Assembly: GCA_030141605.1 (NCBI GenBank)
Contig: JAQGDQ010000224.1
Coordinates: 1 to 64,000 of the forward strand
Direction of reading: 5' to 3'
From: Tubiluchus corallicola
Lineage: Eukaryota > Animalia > Priapulida
Length of the DNA stretch: 64,000 bases
A program made the translations under genes and the position numbers. A model generated the notes under the pieces. The model was not told the origin of the DNA. It was given only the letters and a program-made list of their open reading frames with translations, and ran no database searches. This document shows positions 26,901-38,900 of this stretch, piece by piece; the first letter of the stretch is position 1; every line of letters starts with the position of its first letter.

Positions 26901-29900
26901 CCCAATTACTTCTTTCTTGTTTAGCGAACAACTAACACCTTTCAGCATAAAGTTGTAAGATTTAATCTCTCTTTTAACAGATAAACGATTTTATGATTTA
27001 TTAATGCATCAACGATGGTTACATTTGTGAAAAAGTAAAATAATGCACAGATGTATTTATTTTATATTTTCAGATTTTGAAACGGTTAGTAGAACTTTAC
27101 TAAAAAAACAAGTCTGACATTACATAGACTAATATTATTAATTGTATTTTATATTTTTATATATGAGATATTTTATATATGAGAAATACATTACTATAAT
27201 TTTATTTAGACATGCTCATACAGTATAAAATATCAAATTACAAAGTTAGAGAGTCAGTGCGATCTCTGATGATTACATCTTTTTTGTGCAATCGAGTCCT
27301 GCAGCAAAGCCAAAATCAGTGTTAAAAATGTCCGAAGTCATGTAACCGTAAAATTTCTCATGATCTGTGTCACAACGGTGCTGTCTTGTTTCGTTAATTG
27401 GGTGCACCTAATGACAACTGTAATTAATGCCAGATTATCTTAATAATCGTAAGCACTAAGTAAAAACATTGTTGTCAATGTTGACGAGTAATTGCTATAA
27501 GCCTGCAGCTAAGTGGACGAGTGGAAGAAACTGTCATTTCACTGTGAAATGAACTTTCTTGCTGCATGGGAGTTCCAGGAAAAAATCACAAAATTATCTG
27601 ATTTTCTGACCTCGGTTCCGTGTGTTTTCCTTGTGTCCTCACTTGGAAATGGGTGTAATTTACTAATAGATGTTTATTGTTTATGTTGCAATATAGGTTG
27701 AAATTTACATGTGGGCACACGCGTACTGAGTGCTATATAAGCTCAGACATGTTTTATGTGGAAATTTTATTGGAACCAAATGGTTTTGTAAAAGATGCTA
27801 AAATAACACATCATCGCGACCCTGTGGTAGGTATTGCAGCTGTGTGGTTTATTCGTTTCTAGTCTCAGCCTCAAGTGCACTAGTTAATAACATAATGAAT
27901 CAGTTATAACCAGTTGTTTATACATGTGTTTTTAACTAAAATGTATTTGTTGCAGATAATGGAAATACTCCGATCAGTAATGTTAGTATGTGTTAATCCA
28001 TTTAAAATAAGTAAAGTTTATATGTAATGTAATGAATGCACTACTATTAAATTTTTATGCCACATTTTTTAGAAGAAATGAGATTTGAAATAATTGGCGG
28101 TGGGCCTAGATTTGAACTATGTACCTTCAGAGCATTGCCTTTGTATTCATGATCGAAAACTGGCCTGACTACAAGAAATGTATGCAATAAATGGTCGAAT
28201 CTGGTTCACAGCTTTATATGTTTTATTTTGCACATTTAAATATTGCGAACTTGTTTAAATATGTGCAGATAGTTTTGAGTCACCAAGGGCTTGCATATCA
28301 AGTTTTGTTATTTAATTATGCCAATAAAGGTATTAATCTAGAAGTGTTGCTAGCTGAATGTATTCATTACAAACTGCTGTTATGTGTTTATGTGTATATT
28401 CTGGCAAGTTTTGATTAGTAATCTGGTATTTGTTTGTTTTCAGAGCTGCGATGAAATCACACAAGTGTTAAGGTACGTAGATGAACATCATTTATTTTTG
28501 TGCAAAGTCAAGCTGCCAAATTTCTTAAAAGTTAGTGGTGTCCTTGCCACCCGTTCTTACTGTATTTGTTTTTGTATTTTGTACGACGACTAAACAAGCT
28601 AAACTTAATTTAAATTAAATGAGATGATTTGCATGTCAATTCACATTTCTTTGCTGAAAAGTAATTGAGACCAAATCTGTAATAGTAAAATTGAAGTTTC
28701 TTTGTCTTTGGTTTTCTCCTTGCTGTTTATTAGTTGCTAATACCCTTTCTCAATGCACCAAATGCCTGAAATTTGCATATTTTCCAATTAATAAATAAAA
28801 GTACCTGTAAAATTGTTTTGCAAAATTTATCTATCTCTTCGTCATCTCATTACTCAAACAGTTTTTCATGTTACATAATTAGCATAATGTCTGCTAAGCT
28901 ATGCAAGTAAAAGTTATTCAAAAATAGCCGTGTTTTTTTTTTGTTTGTTTCAGACGAGGTGACTTTGCTGAGTTTACAAAACATCTTCAGGGTCTTGCAG
29001 CTATATATCAAATCAATGCAGATAAGTAAGTAGCTAATGTAATTGTTGTCATCTCACTGCTAACATCACTGTCCAAATCATTGTCACCAGAGTTACTGTC
29101 TTTGTCGTCGTGATTTCTATCGCATCACAAAGTTAATTGCCTTTGTCTCCATTCTAAAATGCTCTCAATGTTATTTATGTCGCTGCTTTATGTGCTTTTA
29201 AAATTGTGATTTCTAAATGAGTTCTAAACCTTTTTCATGAAGTACATCCTGAGTTATTGGACCTTCGACCCATACCATATTACAGAATTTCACAATACAT
29301 AAAATAAACTCAGTATACTAGAATGCTATGAATTAAGGCTAACTAAATATATAATGGTATTACAACAGACAAGCAAATTTTAATGACCTTATTCCAAAGT
29401 CAAGTATTGACATGATGAACGGACTATGTTTAGATAAAGGGAAAAGAAGGAAAAGACAAGGTGACAGTGACTGCTTCTATACGAGTATACATATCAGCTG
29501 GTGCAAACTTTCTGACTGCAATAATCAACCACAGACTCAAATTTAGATTGCAGCGTCTTTGAAGAATAAACTTCGTATAAACATATGCACAAGGAAAATA
29601 TATCAAACTACAGGCAAAATGTGATCACTATCCTATATACAAATGCAGAAAATGCAATCATTGCTGATTGAATGGATCAATCAAACTTGCTGTTTGAAGG
29701 TGACGTCATGAACCAAACTGACATGGTGCATATGTCGTCTATGCCTCTATAGATGTTTTCATTTTGTTTCTGTATAGAAGGCAGATTAAGACTTTAAATA
29801 TTATACTCTTTCGCTAGTCATACATGTGTTTTTGTGAACTGTCCTGTGAACATAGAGACCCCTTATTGAGAACTCCTGGGGGGTTTGCTTCTTCTTTCTG

Positions 29901-32900
29901 TTTACAACAATGTTTCACTATTTATTATTCTTTTGTTGTATTCCTGTTGTAAAATAAATTTATTATATTCTTACTATTGTATATTCTGAATAACTGTACA
30001 AAACACTTTGCATTGTAATAGAATATGAAATTAATTGTTTATAATCTTAACTTTAAAATTTGTGGTTTGACAAATGTTGATTCATTTAATCCCAATATTA
30101 AATTGATACTTTGTGTTTAGGTCTCAGAAAACAAAAGCTTATCAAGCTTTGCAATCATTAGAGACAGATTTGACTATGCTAGATCAGCTACAGAGGTATA
30201 GTTGTACTTGTCTTCGATGTTGTTACTTACCTTTTATTCTCGTTCGAATTTAAATTTCTTTTATCTACAATTTAATAAACATTTTTTGTTGTGTACAAAC
30301 AACTGCAATCGCTACTGGTTATAGCAGTGTTATCAGTTACAGTTATTATTTGCAATAGCCTGAAGGTAGTTGCTTGAAGAAGCATGAATATCGCAGAGCT
30401 CAAGTTGAAGGCGAACAACAATTCGTGTCAAAGTATTTCAAAATCTGTGCCTGACTGTTGCGAAATAAGTGAAGTTATAAATATGTTCAATGTTAAATAT
30501 ATTGTTCAAGAATTAAACTGTTATCACAAAAATTATTCAGCTTTAGTCTTTGTCATCATAAGCATGTACATATGCGTATGTGTTGTCTTTTTACTAATTT
30601 AACCTACTTGGTATATTTTAGATGCAACATTCCAGAGGTGCCCAAGTTGATACATGGTTCTCCGCTAGGTGTACTTCAGCCAAGGAAGGGAGGTATGTTT
30701 TTAATGGCACTTGCAGTGATTTTGACTAAGACAGCTGATATAAGCAGCACAATGTGAGAAGTTTAAAAAGCAAACTAAATCCTACAGTGTTTTTCTAATT
30801 AGTTTTTCCAATTCTAATTTGAAGACCTTTGAATTAAAACCATGTTTTTGAAAAGGAAAGTGGATTATCTTTTTGAAAAATGCCTGTTTTTCTTCACCAT
30901 TTTTATGGCGAAGTTTATAGCTGAGATAACAGGCATGTGCACTTGTATGCAAGTGGTACGTGGGTGTCTGGGTTCAATACCAGGTTGCTGCAGAAGGTGT
31001 CACTTTTAAACCTTGGCCATTTACATTGTAGGGGGAGGGTGCATAATTCTATGACACTAGATATGACTGAGACACCTCTGCTGGTTTACTGGCTCATCAT
31101 CGATAATGAGTCAGGTGCCGGTGCTACAATAACATCGGTTTTATAGGCCCTGATTTTAAGAGCTGTGTTCCGGCTTACAATGTGCCGAAGTGTAAAAAAA
31201 TTACAATTAGTGTAGTGAAAAATGTTCATAGCCCTGATAGTAATTATTGTGTAGATTGAATTAAAATAGATAAACAGTTATATTTGTTAACGTAGCATTT
31301 AACTAACTTTTATTCGAATGGACCATTTATCCGTGTTCTTGACTGTTTGCTATTCATTTTTGTTGTATCACCGTTAAGTGCAATTTTTAAACTTTATCAG
31401 TATGAATCAGAATAACAAATACATGTGTGCGAGGGTTGATTGATGCTTGTTTGTGCATGTATCTTTGTATGTAGATTGACTTTCGTTGCAATTTTTTGGA
31501 CGTGTCTTTGCAGGGTATCCTTTAAAGCTTACGTATCTCGTTTCACCGTACGAGTTGTTAGACGTAAAAGCAAAAACCTCGATACCATTATCCATTGAAA
31601 GTAAGTATGTCCTTGTATTTTTTGTGTAATATTAGGTCATTTAGGGAAGTTGGTTTAGAACAAAGCCTGCTGACTAAAGAGTTGTAATTTGGTATTGCTG
31701 CTACATAAGACAATTTGTTATCCATAAAAAAGGAGAAACGTTTTTGAGAGAGGAAATAGTTGCAGGAAGTAGTCAGCAGATATCATTTGCATGCTTATGA
31801 CCTCACATCCTATAAACACTCAGTGATAGCAGAGAAGTGCACTAGTATGCTATATATATTTATATATATATACTGTATATATGTGTGTATACTAGTGTGA
31901 TGAGGTGCAATAGGCTTTGGAAAATCCACTGATTCATTTAATAATGAATAACATTAAACTAATATCTCATTGTATTTTTGGTAAAAATGTTCTACAACTG
32001 AAAATTTCTTCATTTTTTTCGGATGCTTTCAACTAAACTGCGCCTAAAATGTTACATTGTTTTAAACTATCCAAGACTATATAAAATCTATGCACCACTT
32101 TTCATCAATTGATCGTATATAGTATTACTAATTTAAAATCAGTATTTGTTTAACTCATTACTAACACTTAATAGCCATGCATCACATTTTTTTAATTTCC
32201 CATTTTTTCTGCATTCATAGCAAAGGTTATGACTAAATAAAACAATATGTTTAGACAAAAATGTGTTTCCCGTATTATGCTGTATTATTGAAACAATTTG
32301 GGTTTAATTCTTTATAAAAGCACTTTTATAAAGTGTTTCATTCTAGTTATTGTTGATAACTTTTGACAGATGTGATAGAAAAAGACATCGGGCATTCTCT
32401 CACAGTTTCTATTGAAGCTTCAACAGCACAAAAACTTCAGACACGACCGCTTATGTCTGTTGCCAAAACGTCTGATGGAAAGAGGTAGTTTAACATTCAC
32501 CCATTTGCCGTAAAGAAGAACAAAAAGAGCAATAATGATTAGTATAATTTGATTTGTATAAGTAAATTTGGTTTATTATATCATGCATGTTTTCATAATA
32601 CGAGTGACGTATTTGAACTAATTGTAGCATTAAACAATTAAGAACTTTGTCTCAAAGTGCTCAAACAAATGTTATACCTTTTGTATTTGAGAATAATTAG
32701 TTAAATTTCACTTCTATAAAGTTTTACCTGATTTTACTTAAATTAAAAGACAAGTCGCTTTCTATGTTGGGTTTATTTTACTCATGTTACTTAAACCTAG
32801 AAAAATGTAACTTTCTCTATGTGCACAAAACTGTAAAGTTAGTTTATACTATGACCATATAGAAATTTTCAGACACTGTGGTAGCGACCATTTGCTTGAT

Positions 32901-35900
32901 AATTATGACGTAACTGGTGAACTTCGTGACTCTTGAAGCGCATTGTGGCTTTCCATAAGCACTCATTGCTTAAATTAATTCAAACCTGACGTTCAGGCAA
33001 AAACATCACAAATTTAGCCATTTATTTTTTCATAAAAATCGTACTTTTGTAAAAGCTTATAATATTTTTGATGGGAATTGACAGAGTACTGTCTTTCTTC
33101 AGCCGATGAACAATGCCATTGGTAGAAGAATGGCTGTTCAGTATACGAGCAAATAATTGTGACTTAATGAATGTGATTTTTGTGACTAATTGTTTTCTCA
33201 CATTTTTTGTTTTGTCTCTAGTCTCCCTTCCTTTGATGCACTTAGCAATCTAATTAGTTCTACATTGCCGGCTTGTTTTGTGCTGCGACTGACGAAACCC
33301 ATGCCGTGTGCAACCAGCCTAGTCAAGAAAATACAAGCTATTACAAGTAAGTGTAATTGGATTGTATACTCATTTTTAATGTGGAAATCACTCACTAGGT
33401 GGCTCAGGGTGGAACGTGAGCTATGGCAGTGCGAATAAACCGCGATATCAAGAAATGTGGAAAATTTTTTTGCAGAAACCACTAGCCTCATAAAAAACAT
33501 CGATTTTTTTATTCTGTACTTTGTTAATATTACAGAGCTAGTAAGAAATATTTCACCACCTAGTGCTATTACTGTGTTACTCTGCAATGTTTGTTGTCAG
33601 CAAAATACTTGATCATTTTTTCTTTGAATAGAGATGGAATGTGCAGACATGAATACTGCTATTCCTATGTTAGAACTGCTCGTCAAACATTTGTCTGAAG
33701 AAACAAACGTCAGTCTGCGAAAAGGCCTTAGTGTTGTGAGTATACCTAAGAGTGTGTAACTAGATTAGATTAGATAAGGTTACTTTATTTCAGTTTATTT
33801 GCAAAAACATTTCCATCACTTTTATAACATTTGCAAAACAAGAATATGAAAAGGTGCAGCTGCAGTTACCAGTGCTGCAACTATAGTTATAAGCATTTTC
33901 ACAGCTTCGTTGTGTTCATGAGCATTTGCTGTAGGTCAAAAGTTAAGTGAACCACAGCAAGACGTGATAACTAAAACTGTCACATGACATGTGAATAAAG
34001 CAAAGCCATCTGTACATCCATTCAGTAACTTCAGTTGTTTTATGTGGGCTTTACTTAATCATGCATTAATTATTAATTAGATCATTTACCATTATAATCT
34101 AGTAGGTCGACATTTTCTTGTACTAATGTAACCTATTAAAGCAGTTGTTCATGTATAATCATTGCAAATATTGTAATAGGCAGTTTGGGTAATAATTATG
34201 TCAACATTTTAATCTTGTTCTTTGTTTTTCTTTATTCATGTAAAAACAAGTGAAAGTAATGACTTCACATTTATCTGTGTCTGAAATTTTGGAATTTATG
34301 GCAAAATTTAAGCATGAACCTAGCTCTCTCGCATTTAGACCAAACAGATCAACAAAACTTACACACCTTTTCTTTCATTTTTGAAAGGATCAGACAAATA
34401 ATCCTGCTTTCCTTTAAAGAAAGACAGGATAATTTTTCATATACTACCCCATTTTCAACTCTGATAAAAATACACATGTTAACTCAATACAGCAAAAGCG
34501 TTTCTGATAATTAAATAATAGATAAAAATCTTAATCAACGTCGAGCAAGCGTAACTTTTCATGACATCACAAACTAACATAATTTTCAAGGGCAAAAATA
34601 TTCCTTGAGTGTGTTGCATGTGTTTGTGAAACCGAAAATTGAAGTACAGAGCTACTGTAAGATATTCAGTGTATTGTACTAAAGCTAGGTAAGTTTAAGA
34701 TAAAAATTCAAATGTTAAATTTACCGCTGTTCTCACGCATGAACAGTCGAACGTGTGTAGTTAGTCAGAAACTAACACATCTGAATTGAGAGGTACAGCA
34801 CCTGTTTTTTTGTGCATTGCATTTTCGAATGGTGACTCTAACTAGTGAATGGCGGAATGCATGTAACAGCAAAGAATTATTGGCACAAACGCGAAATTGT
34901 TTGTGTGGTAATAATTCTCTCATGTATGTAATTTTAAAGAGTAGATTGTTTTGACCTACAGTTTAAGACTGTGTCCAGTTTAGCTTTAAGCAAAGTGTTT
35001 AGAAGTAAGTCAAGAAATTGGCATTTGCATGCTTCAAACTTGAATGCTACACAGATAGTTTAACCAAGCAATAATGAATTGTGAAAAGCGTATGATTATT
35101 ATATATTCACTGTTTTAATTTCAGAACTTGCCAGATCAGCAACATTGTTATTTCCTCAATGAAAGCAGAGACCTTTCAGGTGTTTTGGTTACTCGGATAC
35201 CGTTCTGTCATCCTACCCATGTGCCACAGGTTGTATCATTGCTTAGACAACAAGCTTTATTCAACTGTGTCATAGGCAGCTGCGTGAGAAAAAACGGCAA
35301 GTGTGGTAAGCAGTAAGGAAACTTTTTTATGATAGTTGCTTAACTTTATTTTTGGGCTCGACTTGAGCTGATTCTACCGGTAACTGATTCGACGGTGTTT
35401 TGTTTTAAATTGAAGAACTTGGTTTCTGGCTGATGACACAAGCTTTTCATCTGCAGATTGTTCTAAAATTGCTTGCAACTAGTTTATCTCATTCTAAGCA
35501 TCTCACGACTGTCATTTGAAAGTGATTACATGGTAAACAAATGTACTGATTCTGTTTTGATTGAGATTTTATTTAAAGTGAGGCAGTTAAATGACAAGAA
35601 AAGGAAATTTTTAAGTATATCTCAAATAATTTTCCATACGAAGTTATATTAGATAGCATTACGCTTACCTGCTTGAAAGACTGATGTTACTAGAAGAGAA
35701 ATTTCTTAATAATTTAAAATATTCGTCGCACTTGGTGAATCGGCGCTCCAGTGAGCACTATTGATTCACCAAAAACACATTAGTGATCTTACTGACAATA
35801 TAAAGTAATTTGAACTTTTGCTTAATTTGCAAAGAGTGCACTATAAATGCTTTGAGTATTTCTCAAAGCTTTACACAATGTTATCTAAACGCATTTCAAA

Positions 35901-38900
35901 TAACTACTTACCATTAAAATGGCTACACCTAACGGTTACTGCGGGAGTTTAAATTCACAAGTTGTATGCAGCATTACTGCTAATGCAAAGTTTGTGTGCA
36001 ATAAAATAGCATGTAAATTATATAAAAAGTTCAGAACAAAATTTTTATGCTTTTTGTGAAGAGTGTTTTCTTGTGCTTTATATTACATAAAGCTTATTTT
36101 TCTTACTTTCAGATCGCTCCAATTCTCTGGTGTTTGAAATTAATCCATTGTCGGTACAGTGCATATGCGTCACGTTCCAACATCCCTTGGAGGAAACACT
36201 AGCAACAGGTTGCATATTTGAAGTTTAGTAATTCGAATTGCTTTTGCGGGCTAAAACGAAATGTGTCTAATGATGAACAAAACTTGCTAAAAATATTAAA
36301 ATTAGAACAATATGAAATCAGTGTTGTATAATTTGCTGAAGCAGATATAGAGGTCTTTCTTTGCAGTATACTCATTGGCATAGAGAATGTTATGCAGACT
36401 TGAATTTTTCAATATCTTTTTATTTTTTACAAAGTGCAAGTGGATCTCAGCGAGATATCGAACATTAAATGTGAAATCGAGACATCGCTAGGCAGTCAAC
36501 CAATATGCGATAATGAATATGCAACAAAAGTTATGCAAAGGTGAGCATAAGTTTTGTGCTAACTCGGCGAGAAAAGGTATGTTGGAGTTAGCAGGCCTGT
36601 GTATTTACCTGTCATTAAGATAGAAGTGGCCGTTCCTTTTAGGGACTAAAATTGTTTTATGATAAATTATCGGACATATAAATGACTGCATTTTTGACCT
36701 GCGATGCAAAAAAGAGCATCCAGAGTCGTGAGAACGAACAGGTCAGCCAGTTCAGTACTATCTTTCATGCCAAAGGTTGCAGGATCGATTTTACTCGCAG
36801 ATCATACCAAGTACTTTTTATTTTAAAGTGGCATTTTACTACTAAGGATGCAAAAAAGTAGAGGGAGCATAATGATGTCACTGAATTTTGCTGGCAATTG
36901 TTTAAATCATAGCAGCTACTAAAATTCTAGTGGCTTTGCTACAACTTCTTGTCTGACAGTATTTTTTCTGAAACTGTTATCTATTTGGAGATATTTTATG
37001 TCAAACCACTTGTTTTATAGATGTTGGTCAATACCTGTCACAATGAGAGCGGTCATAAAGAAAGCTATGCTGGCAGCAAATATTCCTTCGTTACCAGACA
37101 GTGCAGCGACTGTTGTTAGTAACCAGCCAGGAACATCGTCGATTCTTCACGGTTTAAGTGATTCCAACAGCAACGAAGTGAAATTCCATAATGATCCCAA
37201 TGCAGGCCACACTGGTCAGAATTCCATGTTTTCTCAGTATTCCCTGGCTGATACATCCCAACCTTCTTCCCTTTCTCTTGATGCTTCAACTTCTTTTAGT
37301 CAGCAACAGCAAGCGATGCAGCAGCAGCAGCAGCATGAACAATGCGAGCAACAACAACAACTGCAGCAGCACCAGCTAGAACAACAGTATGAGCAACAAC
37401 AGCTGCAGCAGCAACAGCAACACCAACACCAACAACAAATGCAGCAACAGCAACAAATTCAGCAACAGCACCAACAACAAATGCAACAGCACCAACAACA
37501 ACACGTGCAACATCAACAGCAAATGATACAGCAGTCACAAGAAGATCATTCTGAAAACTTACAACAACAACAAGATCAACAGCAGCAGCAGCAACAACAA
37601 CAGTTTCAGCAAGAGCAGCTACATCTTCAAGTGCAGCAACAAGTAAAACTAGAACCACAGACATTACAAATGTCTTATACACAGTCACAGCAGCAGCAGC
37701 AGCAGCAGCATTTATCGCAGCAGGAGTTTCAGATGAAACAACATCAGCAGTTCCTACTACAGCAACAGCAAATCGAGCAGGAACAGCATCAACAAAGGTT
37801 TACTCATCCTAACATGGGCTTTGGACACGAACAGATGCATGCTTTGCAAACCGAACATTCGGGAGCACACAACCCCATGTTAACAACTATGTTGCAAGAT
37901 GTCAGAGTTCAGCAGAAACCTACTCCTATGCTGAAAAATCTCCTCAGTGATTCGTTTGAAGCGCTACCTCCATTGAAAGGTAGGAAACCACGGAAGCGCA
38001 AGTCTTTGCTCGACCCACCAAGAAGTCCAGGCCGGAGTCCAAAACGTACGCGGTCTGTGGATGACGAGTACGATTATCAGTACAGCATGTTTCCGGAATC
38101 GCAGGTTGCCAGATTGGAATCATCTCTTGATAGCTGGATTGAGTTAGAAAAGGCAAAAGAGGACAAGAGACGTTGGTCAGGTGTTGATGAAATCATTGAT
38201 CGTGTTGCCGAGGGCAGAGTTGCACCAACCACTGTAACGTCTGAGCCCATGAATTGGGAACACTTTGAAGGATTTAAAGAAGAGGCTTTACACTACAGCA
38301 ACCAATTTCATCAAGAATTGGTGGCATCTGGTACAGTTTTTACTGAATCTGGCAGTATGGAGCCAAACATACCTAGATCACTTATGCAGACTGACTTTGC
38401 TGACCAAGCTTCAGTTTCTAGGTTGACTGCTTCGGCAGAATTTGCTATTCCTAAACCACCTGACAAAACTGAAGAAAAAGTGGCCCAGCGGCGACTTAGT
38501 GGAGAAAAGTTTCGTCCTTTAGAGGCCCTGGATCTCTCAGCTCATATGCCTGAGTTTGGAGAGTTATCAGCTTACGATATGAGTAGTCTTCATTCTGATG
38601 CTGGTCCTGCTTTTTCATTAAAGAGGAGCATGAGTGTTGATACTGGCACAGGGGTTCTGATGCAGCAACCGGCTACACTGCCAGAGCAAAAACCTAAAAA
38701 GAGAGGCCCAAAACCAGGAGAAAAACGAAAAGAGAAAGGCTTAAATAAGAAAAAAGGGCAATCCGACGTTTTCCCTTCGCACTATATGGCACCTAGTAGC
38801 ACTGGCTCCGTAATACCTAGTACTTCTTATGCCCCGGTAGCATTTGGTCCATCGGCACAGGCTAACAGTTCTTCGCAAGTACAGAACGTAACATCTCAAG

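Noticed and set aside
31515-31523. U12-type donor consensus GTATCCTTT
   Set aside because: It lies at the start of a MED1 coding exon (G-Y-P-L) needed for the Med1 alignment; coincidence.
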